A stretch of 49,263 bases of DNA from a bacterium HR35 (GTDB taxonomy: Bacteria > Patescibacteriota > Minisyncoccia > UBA6257 > HR35). Location: positions 1 to 49,263 of the forward strand of contig BEIL01000002.1 of the NCBI GenBank assembly GCA_002898235.1, written 5' to 3'. The notes under the pieces were generated by a model, which searched no databases, had not been told where the DNA came from, and saw only the letters and a list, made by a program, of their open reading frames with translations. The position numbers were made by a program, and so were the translations under genes. Below, piece by piece: positions 29,171 through 38,320 of this stretch; the first letter of the stretch is position 1; each line of letters starts with the position of its first letter.

Positions 29171-30157
29171 ATGAATAAAATAAAAAAAATAAATTTAGTT
29201 TGTCTTGGTGGAGGAACTGGATTATCTCAAGTTTTAACAGCTTTTAAAAATAGTCTTGGTAAGGAAATAAAAAGAATCTCAGCTATTGTTACAGTTGCTG
29301 ATTCTGGAGGAAGCACAGGAATTTTAAGAAAAATTTACGATATTCCCGCTATTGGGGATATTCGCAATTGCCTTTTAGCTCTTTCTGATATTGAGGAGTA
29401 TATTAAAAAAGCTTTTAGTTATCGCTTTAAAGGAAATGGTTTAAAAAATCACCCCTTAGGCAATCTTTTTTTAGTTGCTCTTTTAGAGACTCAAGGTAAT
29501 TTAGAAAAAGCAATTAAAATAGCCTCCAAAGTTTTAAAAATAAAAGGAGAAGTTATTCCTTCAACCCTAGAAAATATAAACTTAGTAGCTAAATTTACTA
29601 ATGGAAAAATAATCGTTGGTGAAGATAAAATTCCTAAATATGCTTTGAGGACTAATCAACAAATTAAAGATTTATGGTTGAAGCCAAAAAATCCAAGAGC
29701 AACTAAGTTAGCTTTAAAAAGAATAAAAGAAGCAGATGTTATTTTAATTGGTCCGGGTAGTTTATATACCAGTATTTTGCCCAACTTTTTAGTTTCTGGT
29801 ATAAGCGAAGAAATAAACAAAAGCAAAGCCTTAAAAATATTTATCCTAAATCTTCTTACTCAACCAGGAGAAACAGATAATTTTAAGGCTAGTGACCATT
29901 TAAAAGAATTTTTAAGGATTTCTCAAGTTAAAAAGATTGATATTCTTTTGGCTAATAAGACAAAACCACCTAAAGAATTTTTAAAGAAGATAAAAGAAGA
30001 AAATAAAAAAATTGTTTTAATTGACAAAAAAGAAATTAAAAAATTGGGCGTTGAGTTAGTTGAAAAAGATTTGGCTAATTTAAAAGATATTTATTTCAAG
30101 CATTCTCCTTCAAAAATAAAAAAAGCAATTTCCAAAATTATCAAAAATAGGTTATAA
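29171..30157 (+). CDS. yvcK: YvcK/GlmR (CofD-related) family protein
   Basis: GGGTGL, VADSGGSTG, GDIRNCL, HPLGNL, GPGSLYTSILPN; ATG at 29171 (alternative TTG 29162). Confidence 0.92.
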   Translation: MNKIKKINLVCLGGGTGLSQVLTAFKNSLGKEIKRISAIVTVADSGGSTGILRKIYDIPAIGDIRNCLLALSDIEEYIKKAFSYRFKGNGLKNHPLGNLFLVALLETQGNLEKAIKIASKVLKIKGEVIPSTLENINLVAKFTNGKIIVGEDKIPKYALRTNQQIKDLWLKPKNPRATKLALKRIKEADVILIGPGSLYTSILPNFLVSGISEEINKSKALKIFILNLLTQPGETDNFKASDHLKEFLRISQVKKIDILLANKTKPPKEFLKKIKEENKKIVLIDKKEIKKLGVELVEKDLANLKDIYFKHSPSKIKKAISKIIKNRL

Positions 30158-30167
30158 TTTTTATATA

Positions 30168-30329
30168 ATGGCTAATAAAAATAGAACCTTAATCAAACTT
30201 AAGTGTTCAGCTTGTGAGGCGATTAATTATTATTACTGGAAGAAAAAAGGAGCTGAATATAAATTGAACTTGAAAAAATATTGTAGCAATTGTCGAAAAC
30301 ACACTCAACATAAAGAATTTAGAAAATAA
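30168..30329 (+). CDS. rpmG: 50S ribosomal protein L33, Zn-binding type (not in ORF track)
   Basis: MANKNRTLIKLKCSACEAINYYYWKKKGAEYKLNLKKYCSNCRKHTQHKEFRK; precedes tRNA-Trp. Confidence 0.95.
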   Translation: MANKNRTLIKLKCSACEAINYYYWKKKGAEYKLNLKKYCSNCRKHTQHKEFRK

Positions 30330-30330
30330 A

Positions 30331-30404
30331 GGGGGAGTAGCTCCAATTGGTAGAGCAGCGGTCTCCAAAACCGCAGGTTGGAGGTTCGAATCCTCCCTCC
30401 CCCG
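30331..30404 (+). tRNA. tRNA-Trp(CCA)
   Basis: Acceptor GGGGGAG/CTCCCCC, anticodon arm GCGGT-CTCCAAA-ACCGC. Confidence 0.96.
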
Positions 30405-30425
30405 CAAAGTAAGTTAAACTAATTA

Positions 30426-31139
30426 ATGGCTAAATATTTTGATGAAGAGAAGTGGATAAAAATTCTTAAACAACCCGATTGGTATTTAGAAATTATTGAT
30501 GAAATTAGATCTCTTCGAGAATTAGCTAATAAAAACAAAAATCCAGAAATTATAGAAGAAATATATCAATTTTTCGAAAAACAATTAGAAGACAATAAAA
30601 TTGCTTTAGCTAAAGAAGGACCTAATTGGGATAAGGAAAGGAAGCCAATAGATACTATTGTTATTCATCATACAAGTTTGCCTCCAGGAATTACTTGGCA
30701 AAGATTAAGCGCAATTCAGCTGATTAATATCTATGCTACTTATTATGCAAATCCTTATTATGAAGAAGAAAAGCATTTAAAGGGAAAGCCGATTTATTCT
30801 GGTCATTTTAGAAATGGCAAGCAGGTTTTTTATACTTACCACTGGCTTATAAGAATGGATGGATCTTGGGAAAGACTTTTAAATGATGATGAAATTGGTT
30901 GGCAAGCAGGCAATTGGGAAATAAATTGTCGAAGTATAGCTATTTGTTTAGATAATGATTTTGAAAACTCTTCTCCCCCAGATTTTTTACTTGAATCAAT
31001 AGCTAAATTGATAAAAGAAAAATACCCTCAAGTTAAACCAGAAAGAATATTTGGTCATTTAGAAATTAAACCCAAAATTACTTGTCCTGGAAATAAATTT
31101 TTAACTGATTGGAAACCAAAACTAATAGAATTGTTATAA
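30426..31139 (+). CDS. N-acetylmuramoyl-L-alanine amidase (Amidase_2/PGRP-like)
   Basis: IVIHHT, YHWLI, NCRSIAICL, FGH...TCPG Zn-ligand pattern. Confidence 0.85.
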   Translation: MAKYFDEEKWIKILKQPDWYLEIIDEIRSLRELANKNKNPEIIEEIYQFFEKQLEDNKIALAKEGPNWDKERKPIDTIVIHHTSLPPGITWQRLSAIQLINIYATYYANPYYEEEKHLKGKPIYSGHFRNGKQVFYTYHWLIRMDGSWERLLNDDEIGWQAGNWEINCRSIAICLDNDFENSSPPDFLLESIAKLIKEKYPQVKPERIFGHLEIKPKITCPGNKFLTDWKPKLIELL

Positions 31140-31147
31140 AATTTAGA

Positions 31148-31705
31148 TTAAAGTCCCAGCTCTTCGCTGATTTCTTGCATTGCTTTTAAAGTTATTTCAG
31201 CTAATTCTTCTAATTTTAATCCTAACATTTCTTCAGCTTTTAAAATTATTTCTCTATTAACTCCTTTAGCAAAAGATGGCTCTTTAAATTTATTTAAAAT
31301 TCTTTCTACTGTCACTTCGCTTAATTTTTTATTTGGCATTACCAAAGCAACGGCAACAATAAAACCAGTCATTTCCTCACAAGTATATAAAGCTTTTTCT
31401 AATTTTGTTTCCGGGATAAATCCTTGCAGATGATTATGTTTTTTTATAGCTTCAATTACCTCTTTAGGAAAACCTTCTTTTTCTAAAATTTCAACAGCAA
31501 TTAATGGATGTTTTTCGGGAGTTTCTTTTGTTATTTCCCAATCTAAATCATGTAAAAGCCCTGCTAAAGCCCAAATTTCTTCATCTTCGCCATATTTTCT
31601 TGCTAAATGTCTCATCAAATTTTCAGTTGCTAAAAGATGTTTTTTTAAATTAGGATTTTTAATATATTGATCAATTAACTTTAAAGCTTTTTCTCTTAAC
31701 TCCAT
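31148..31705 (-). CDS. HD-domain phosphohydrolase
   Basis: KHLLA, AGLLHDLD, FKEPSFAKGVNRE. Confidence 0.88.
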   Translation of the reverse strand: MELREKALKLIDQYIKNPNLKKHLLATENLMRHLARKYGEDEEIWALAGLLHDLDWEITKETPEKHPLIAVEILEKEGFPKEVIEAIKKHNHLQGFIPETKLEKALYTCEEMTGFIVAVALVMPNKKLSEVTVERILNKFKEPSFAKGVNREIILKAEEMLGLKLEELAEITLKAMQEISEELGL

Positions 31706-31749
31706 TTTTTTAAAAATTTTAATTTAATAAACAATATTATAACTTATCT

Positions 31750-32889
31750 TTATTTTTTAATTATATCTTCGCAGATTTCTTTTAGTCTTTTACTTGAATT
31801 TTCTTCATGAAATTTAAAGAATTTTGGATAAGCTTTTAAAATATTTTTTTGTAAATCAATAAATAGACCTTTATTTTTATATTGAAGCAAAATTTTTGCC
31901 CAATAATTAGGCTCGTCGCTTTTAATAAAAATTCCGCAGTTTGATGGTATGGCCTCTCTTGAACTTGAATAATCATAAACAAAAGGAGGTAAACCTCTTA
32001 AAAGTGATTCAAGATAAGTAAAACTAAAAACTTCAAAATTAGAAGCTGAAATAAAATAATCAAATTCTGTTAAGATATTAGGCAAATTTTTATTTTCAAT
32101 CCAGCCTAAAAACTCTACTTGATTTTCTAATTTTAAGCTTCTAACCAATTCTTCTAAGTTATCCCTTTCTTGTCCTTCACCAATAATGAAAAGTTTATAT
32201 TTTTTATTAATAAACCTTAAAGCTTTTATAATAATATCAACCCTTTTTTCTCTACTCAATCTTCCAAAATAAACTAAACTATTAGGTTCTTTTTCTTTGA
32301 TTTTAAAACCCGTAAAAAAATCACTACTTACTGGAATAGGTAGATAATAAGATTTTTTCCTAATCTTTTTTCCATATAATTTTTTAAAACTTTTAGCAAC
32401 AAAAATTACTGCTTGACTGTTTTTAATAATAAAATTTCTAAAAATTAAAGAGGGGAGAATTCCTATTTTTAAAAAATAACCCTCAAAATCAAATTTATCT
32501 AATCTAAAATTTTTTGAAAAATAATCATAATTAGTATGAAAAACAAAAGCAAGCTTTTTGTTTAAAAGTTTTGTTTCTTGAGAAAGGGAAAGCAGAAAAG
32601 AAATTAATCCTGGTTCATTTAAAATTATCAAATCAACTTCCTTAATTTTATTAATAGCCTCCTTGGTTAAAAAAGTTCCAATTTCTAAACCTTTAAAAAC
32701 GAAAGAAAGGTTTAAAGCTGGAATTTCTATTATTCTTTCCGGATAGATATTTAATTTTTCTTTAGTTTTGTTTTTAAGTAAATAGGTTTCAATCCCAAGA
32801 TTATTTAAATTTTTAAACCATCTTAAACTGCAAAGCTGAGAGCCACCTCCGAATTTTGAAAAAATATCAAAAACTATAAGAAGCTTCAT
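31750..32889 (-). CDS. Glycosyltransferase family 4
   Basis: GGG, FHT, GRLSREKR, E-x7-E (EVFSFTYLE). Confidence 0.88.
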   Translation of the reverse strand: MKLLIVFDIFSKFGGGSQLCSLRWFKNLNNLGIETYLLKNKTKEKLNIYPERIIEIPALNLSFVFKGLEIGTFLTKEAINKIKEVDLIILNEPGLISFLLSLSQETKLLNKKLAFVFHTNYDYFSKNFRLDKFDFEGYFLKIGILPSLIFRNFIIKNSQAVIFVAKSFKKLYGKKIRKKSYYLPIPVSSDFFTGFKIKEKEPNSLVYFGRLSREKRVDIIIKALRFINKKYKLFIIGEGQERDNLEELVRSLKLENQVEFLGWIENKNLPNILTEFDYFISASNFEVFSFTYLESLLRGLPPFVYDYSSSREAIPSNCGIFIKSDEPNYWAKILLQYKNKGLFIDLQKNILKAYPKFFKFHEENSSKRLKEICEDIIKK

Positions 32890-32948
32890 TTATCAAATCT
32901 AATTTTAATTTACTAAAATGAAATTTTTTCGTTTAAAATAAATTAAAA

Positions 32949-33031
32949 GCCCGGGTGGCGGAATTGGTAGACGCGCTGTCTTGAGGGGGCAGTGGCGATG
33001 AGCCGTGCGGGTTCGAATCCCGCCCCGGGCA
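32949..33031 (+). tRNA. tRNA-Leu(GAG)
   Basis: GCCCGGG/CCCGGGC acceptor, CTGTC-TTGAGGG-GGCAG anticodon arm, long variable arm. Confidence 0.95.
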
Positions 33032-33067
33032 CAAACCCCTTTTGATTTAAAACGATTAAATAAATTA

Positions 33068-33634
33068 ATGAAACTTTTGCCACTTAATAAACCTTTAAGA
33101 ATTTTACTCTTTACTAATGCTTTAATTAGAATTTCGGCTGCAATGTTGGCCCCAGTGTATGCTTTATTTGTTAAAAGAATCGGCGGTGATTTAATAGAAG
33201 CAAGCATTGGGGGCGGAATTTATGCTCTAATTGCTGGATTAACAACTATAATTTCTGGAAGGTTTAGCGATAAAGTAAAAGAAAATGAACTAATTCTAGT
33301 TTTAGGTTATTCAATAATGGGCGCAGGATTTTTGTTATATTTTTGGGTTAATTCTGTTATTTTTTTATTTATTGTCCAGGCTATTATTGCTTTTGGCGAA
33401 GCTCTTTATTTACCTGTTTTTGACGCTCTTTATACTAAACACCTCAACAAAAATATGGCAGGAAGTCAATGGGGTTTAAGAGAATCAATGAATTATTTTG
33501 TAATAGCCTTGGGAGCAATTTTTGGAGGAATAATAGCAACTCTTTTTGGTTTTCAAACAATGTTTGTTTTAATGTCAATTCTTTGTTTTGCTAGCGCTCT
33601 TTATATTTATCGTTTAAAAAGAACTGTTCTTTAA
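33068..33634 (+). CDS. Half-size (about 6 TM) MFS transporter-like protein
   Basis: GRFSDKVK motif A; start moved to ATG 33068 because 33005 lies inside the tRNA. Confidence 0.8.
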   Translation: MKLLPLNKPLRILLFTNALIRISAAMLAPVYALFVKRIGGDLIEASIGGGIYALIAGLTTIISGRFSDKVKENELILVLGYSIMGAGFLLYFWVNSVIFLFIVQAIIAFGEALYLPVFDALYTKHLNKNMAGSQWGLRESMNYFVIALGAIFGGIIATLFGFQTMFVLMSILCFASALYIYRLKRTVL

Positions 33635-33694
33635 AAATATTTCGGCTTGATTTTTAAAAAATAATTGTTAAAATTAAATAGGGAAAAATTTAAG

Positions 33695-33988
33695 ATGAAA
33701 ATAGTTTATTATTTGAAAAATTTAAAAAATCTACCTCAAGGAGTTGTTGATTTTATAAAAAGAAAATCTAAAAAACTTGAAAAAATAGAGGAGAAAGAAG
33801 GAGAAGGAATTTTAGAAATAGAGCTTAGAAAAGATAAAGAGACCAAAGAAAAATCTGGAATTTATAAAGTCAAAGTTATTTTTGATACTCCTAAAAGAAC
33901 AGCAAATATTATTTGGGGTTTCGGGAAAAATTTTTATCAAGCAATTAATGACGCTTTTAAAAAACTTTATCGTTCTTTAAGAAGATAA
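33695..33988 (+). CDS. Ribosome hibernation factor HPF/RaiA-like protein
   Basis: Size about 97 aa, FIKRKSKKLEK, C-terminal NFYQAINDAFKKLYRSLRR. Confidence 0.7.
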   Translation: MKIVYYLKNLKNLPQGVVDFIKRKSKKLEKIEEKEGEGILEIELRKDKETKEKSGIYKVKVIFDTPKRTANIIWGFGKNFYQAINDAFKKLYRSLRR

Positions 33989-35707
33989 TTCTTTAAGTTT
34001 CTTCCAAAAATCAATCACAAATTTTTGATAATCCAATTTATCTAAAGCAATGTCATCTAATTTTTCTTCCATCAAGGCAGTAAATTTCAAGTCTACAAGT
34101 TCAGGATATCTTCCTTTTAAAAATTTATAAACAGCCTCACCTTTTTCAGTTGGTTTTAAAAAATTTTTTTCTTTAATAATATACTCTCTTTTCTTTAAAA
34201 TCTCAATAATTGGTACATAAGTTGAGGGTCTACCAATTCCTAATTCTTTCATTTTTTTAATTAAACTTGCTTCATTAAATCTTGATGGAGGTTTTGTTTC
34301 TACTTCTTTAAATTGAAATTCTAAAATATTAAAATTTTCTTTTTCTTTAACCTCTGGTCTTTTGGAGAATTTCTCTTTAACAGGAAAAATTTTAGCAAAG
34401 CCATCAAAAATTAGTTCTTTATTTATAGCTAAAAACAAAATAACGGACTTGTTCGGACTTGACACGGACTGTTCGGACATATTATTTTGTCCATTCTGTC
34501 CCTGCATAGTCTGTGTATAGTTTGTGTTCTGTCTAAATCCAGTCCGTGTGTCGTCCGTGTGTCGTCCGTGTTCAGTCTGCGATTTGAATAAATATTTACT
34601 TTCTAAATACTCTAATGGTTTAAAATGACTAGCAATTGTTACCATTAAAATTAATTGCCAAAGCTTTAAAAAATCTTTAGTTAAATTTGGTTTTTCTAAA
34701 GAAGTAGGTCTAATTGCCTCATGAGCTTCAAAGCTAATTTTTTCTTTTTTGCTTCTTGGCAAAGAAAAATAATTTTTACCATAATTTTTTTCAATAAATT
34801 CCTTTATCTTTAAAGAAAAATTTTTATTAATTGAATGACTATCAGTTCGATGATAAGTTATATAACCAGCCTCAAATAATTTTTGAGCAATAAACATTGT
34901 CTTTTTTGGAGGAAATTTTAAAAATTGATAAGCCATTCTTTGCAAATTTTCAGTATCTAAAGGAAGTGGTGGATAAATTTTCTTTTTTTCTTCAAGAATT
35001 TTTTCTAAAGTTAAATTTTTAATTTTTAAAATCTCTTTTTTTAGTGATTCAAGTTCTTCTTTCTTTAAATTTAAAATTTTTAAATTTTTATCAACCAAAA
35101 CTAATTTCAGAGGAAAATTTTCTAAAAGAGCATAAACATTAAAATATTTTTCTTTTTTAAAATTTCTAATCTCTTCTTCTCTTTCAATAATTAATCTTAA
35201 AGCTGCTGATTGAACTCTGCCAGCAGATGAACCAATTTTTTCTTTCCATAAAATTGGTGATAAAGTATAACCAAAAATTCTATCTAAATATCTTCTTCCT
35301 TTTTGAGCCCTCACTAAACTTTCTTTAATTTGAGTTAAATTTTTTAAAGCTTGGTAAAAAGCAGTAGGAATAATTTCATGAACAAATATCCTTTTAATTT
35401 TTGAATGCTCTTTTTCAGGTAAAATCATTTTAATTTCATAAGCAATCATTTCTCCCTCGCGATCAGGATCAGTTGCTAAAATTATTTCTTCTGCTTTGGA
35501 GCTTAAATTTTTAATTCTCTCGATTATTTTCTTTTTACCTTTGATTGGTACATATTTTGCTTCAATTTGATTATTTTTTAAATAAATTCCAAAAGAATTT
35601 GGGGGTAAATCTAATAAATGTCCATAAGTTGCTAAAACATAATAACCTTTTAAAAATTTCCTGATAGTTTTTGCTTTTGTTGGTGATTCAACAATTAAAA
35701 GCTTCAT
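33977..35707 (-). CDS. topA: DNA topoisomerase I (type IA) with an in-frame insertion
   Basis: IVESPTKAKTI, ATDPDREGE, SAGRVQS, GYITYHRTDS, GIGRPSTY. Confidence 0.96.
   Translation of the reverse strand: MKLLIVESPTKAKTIRKFLKGYYVLATYGHLLDLPPNSFGIYLKNNQIEAKYVPIKGKKKIIERIKNLSSKAEEIILATDPDREGEMIAYEIKMILPEKEHSKIKRIFVHEIIPTAFYQALKNLTQIKESLVRAQKGRRYLDRIFGYTLSPILWKEKIGSSAGRVQSAALRLIIEREEEIRNFKKEKYFNVYALLENFPLKLVLVDKNLKILNLKKEELESLKKEILKIKNLTLEKILEEKKKIYPPLPLDTENLQRMAYQFLKFPPKKTMFIAQKLFEAGYITYHRTDSHSINKNFSLKIKEFIEKNYGKNYFSLPRSKKEKISFEAHEAIRPTSLEKPNLTKDFLKLWQLILMVTIASHFKPLEYLESKYLFKSQTEHGRHTDDTRTGFRQNTNYTQTMQGQNGQNNMSEQSVSSPNKSVILFLAINKELIFDGFAKIFPVKEKFSKRPEVKEKENFNILEFQFKEVETKPPSRFNEASLIKKMKELGIGRPSTYVPIIEILKKREYIIKEKNFLKPTEKGEAVYKFLKGRYPELVDLKFTALMEEKLDDIALDKLDYQKFVIDFWKKLKELSS
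34443..34580. repeat. GC-richer palindromic element of 10-11-nt units inside topA
   Basis: Left arm has 4x (A/T)CGGAC, right arm has tandem GTCCGTGT units; the arms are complementary. Confidence 0.8.
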
Positions 35708-36719
35708 TTAAATAAATTTTTCCTTCTTTATTAATAATAATCTCTTTAATTTCCAAAGAGGTTAAAATTTCAAGCAATTTTCCGATTTCTAATCCAGTTA
35801 ATTCTTTAAGTTCATCTATTGTTTTAGAAGAATCGTTGAGATTTTTAATAATTAATTTTTCTTCTGAACTAAGATGGATATCTATCTTTTTTTGTTTTTT
35901 ACCAAAAAGATTTAAAATCTCTTCAGGAGAAATTAAAAGATAGGCACCCTCTTGAATTAATTTTAAGTTGCCTCGATAATTTTTATCATAAATACTTCCA
36001 GGTAAAGCATAGATATCCTTTCCGTATTCTAAAGCAAATTTAGCTGTAATTAAAGAGCCAGAATTTTCTGGTGCCTCAATAATAATTATAATTTTTCCCA
36101 AAGCAGCAATAATTCTATTTCTTAAAGGAAAATGATGTGGTTTTTGAGGAGAACCTAACGGATATTCGCTAATTATTCCTCCACCTGATTCAATTATTTT
36201 TTCAACATACTTTTTTCTTGGGTCTTTTAGAATAACATCTAAACCACAACCAATAATAGCAAAATTTTCTTTTTTTACCTCCAGTGCCCCTAAGTGACTA
36301 GCCAAATCAATTCCATAAGCTAAACCACTAATTATTGTTAGACCGTTTTCAGCAAAAATTTTTGAAAATTCTTTAGCTGTTTTTTCTCCAATTTTTGAAG
36401 GCTTTCTAGTGCCAACAACAGCTATTTTATTTTTAAATTTATTTAAATTTTTTTCTCCTAAAACAAAAATTCCTAAAACATAAGTTTTATTTTCTTTTAA
36501 TTCTCTCGGAAACTCTTTATCTGAAATTAAAATTAAATCACCACCAATTTTTTGAAGTTTATCATATTCTTTTTCCCAGTCGAGTTTCTTTTTAAATTCT
36601 TTTTCTAATACTTGAAAAATCTTTTTAAAGGATTTATATTTTTTATATAACTTTAAAACTTTCAAGTTAGGCGGTTCAAAATTAAATACTAAACCAAGAT
36701 AATAAACTTTTTCTTCCAT
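35688..36719 (-). CDS. dprA: DNA-processing protein DprA
   Basis: AVVGTR, ISGLAYGID, FPLRNRIIA, SGSLITA, C-terminal winged helix; upstream of topA. Confidence 0.96.
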   Translation of the reverse strand: MEEKVYYLGLVFNFEPPNLKVLKLYKKYKSFKKIFQVLEKEFKKKLDWEKEYDKLQKIGGDLILISDKEFPRELKENKTYVLGIFVLGEKNLNKFKNKIAVVGTRKPSKIGEKTAKEFSKIFAENGLTIISGLAYGIDLASHLGALEVKKENFAIIGCGLDVILKDPRKKYVEKIIESGGGIISEYPLGSPQKPHHFPLRNRIIAALGKIIIIIEAPENSGSLITAKFALEYGKDIYALPGSIYDKNYRGNLKLIQEGAYLLISPEEILNLFGKKQKKIDIHLSSEEKLIIKNLNDSSKTIDELKELTGLEIGKLLEILTSLEIKEIIINKEGKIYLNEAFNC

Positions 36720-37059
36720 GATTCAAGAATTGTGGTTTCTTGATTTTTTGGCTCTAATTTTTGTTAGATTTGTTTTAGCTTATTATTATTTTAACTATTG
36801 GAAAAATAAAAACGAAAATCTTCAACAAAAAATTTTAGCTGTTATTTTTATTTCAGCTTCTTTACTTTTAGTTGTTGGCTATTATACTTCCTTTCTTTCT
36901 TTTTTCTTTCTTTTTTATGAATTATTTGATTTATTTAAAACTATATTAGCAAAAAAGGATTTTACTATTAATTTACTTAAAATTTCTTTAATTTTGGTTT
37001 TACTTTTTATTGGTCCAGGAAAACTTTCCCTTGATAGATTATTTAATGTTAGATTTTAA
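36718..37059 (+). CDS. DoxX-like membrane protein
   Basis: LIFVRFVLA, LLVVGYYT, GPGKLSLD. Confidence 0.75.
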   Translation: MIQELWFLDFLALIFVRFVLAYYYFNYWKNKNENLQQKILAVIFISASLLLVVGYYTSFLSFFFLFYELFDLFKTILAKKDFTINLLKISLILVLLFIGPGKLSLDRLFNVRF

Positions 37060-38320
37060 AAAATTTTTATTTTTCTTTTTTCTGACTTTTAATGGAGTTT
37101 TTGCTTCTGAGCTTTATATTTCAGAAATAATGTATAATCCCAAAGGAAGTGATGATGGCAATGAATGGGTCGAAGTTGTTAATCTTTCGAGTGGTTTTAT
37201 AAAAATTTTTGGTGGTCGAAATGGTTGGCGATTTAATGATGGCGAAAATCATCTTTTTGAAGATTTAACTATAGAATTAGCTCCAGGAGAGGTTTTAGTT
37301 ATTGCTCAAAATAAAAATAAATTTTTAACAACCTATCCTTATTTCAATCAAAAATTAATAGAAGTTAAAAATATGAACTTAAAAAATAGCGGCGGAACTA
37401 TTAGTTTGTTTGATGAAAAGAAGAATTTAATAACTTTAAGAACTTACTCTAAAGATTGCGGTGGAGAAGAGAATGATTTTACTATTATTTTTTTGAATGA
37501 CCGGTGTTATGAAAATGAAGTCATTAAGGGTACTCCTGGAAAATATCCTGATATACCTAAAAAAGATAAAGACCATAAGGAAGAAAATAATCTTTCTTCT
37601 TCAACTCAGACAACAAATATTAAGGAAACATTAACTTCAACTCCTACTCCAACAAGTTCTTCACCTACTTTATCTGATTCTCAAAGTCAAAAATCAGAAG
37701 ATGAGGAAATTGGCTGTTTAGTAATAAATGAGTTTTTACCTAATCCTCAAGGAAGAGATGAGGCTAAAGAATTTGTAGAAATTTTCAATGACTGTTCTCA
37801 AGAAATTAATTTAACAGGCATTTTGTTAAAAATAGGCAGATATAAAATTAAGCTTGAGGGAAAAATTAAAGGACAAGAATATTTAGTAATTTCTAATGCT
37901 GATAAAAATTTTTTTATTAGAAATACTAAAGAAACACTTGAATTAATTAAAAACAATAATGTTTTTTATCGAATTTCTTATAACGGCAAAGCTCCCGAAG
38001 GACTTTCTTTTTCTCGAGTTGAAGAAGAATGGGGCTGGACTGAACCAACTCCCGGTAAAGAAAACAAAGCTTCTTTTATTGATTTAGCTTCAATTAGAGA
38101 AAATAATAAGGAAGATAATAGTTATAATCCTGATTATGTTTTTAAAACTGACGATCAAAAAACTCCATCTAATTTTATTGAAAAAAGTCAATTGGCTGAA
38201 TTAAATTTAACTACTAATAATAACTATTTTCCAGATAAGATCAATCTTTTTCTTCTTTTCTTTTCTTTACTTTTTATTCTAACTTTAATTTTCCTTTTTG
38301 TTTTTTTATTTAAGTTTTAA
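37046..38320 (+). CDS. Surface protein with two lamin-tail-like domains and a C-terminal TM anchor
   Basis: ISEIMYNP...EWVEV...TPG and INEFLPNP...EFVEI...PTPGKEN; signal peptide from ATG 37046. Confidence 0.85.
   Translation: MLDFKKFLFFFFLTFNGVFASELYISEIMYNPKGSDDGNEWVEVVNLSSGFIKIFGGRNGWRFNDGENHLFEDLTIELAPGEVLVIAQNKNKFLTTYPYFNQKLIEVKNMNLKNSGGTISLFDEKKNLITLRTYSKDCGGEENDFTIIFLNDRCYENEVIKGTPGKYPDIPKKDKDHKEENNLSSSTQTTNIKETLTSTPTPTSSSPTLSDSQSQKSEDEEIGCLVINEFLPNPQGRDEAKEFVEIFNDCSQEINLTGILLKIGRYKIKLEGKIKGQEYLVISNADKNFFIRNTKETLELIKNNNVFYRISYNGKAPEGLSFSRVEEEWGWTEPTPGKENKASFIDLASIRENNKEDNSYNPDYVFKTDDQKTPSNFIEKSQLAELNLTTNNNYFPDKINLFLLFFSLLFILTLIFLFVFLFKF

Noticed and set aside
30207-30407. Minus-strand ORFs at 30207..30407 and 32905..33207
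   Set aside because: Antisense to rpmG/tRNA-Trp and to tRNA-Leu/MFS
34443-34580. Intein or intron in topA
   Set aside because: Too short; no C/S...HN intein ends or group I/II core elements
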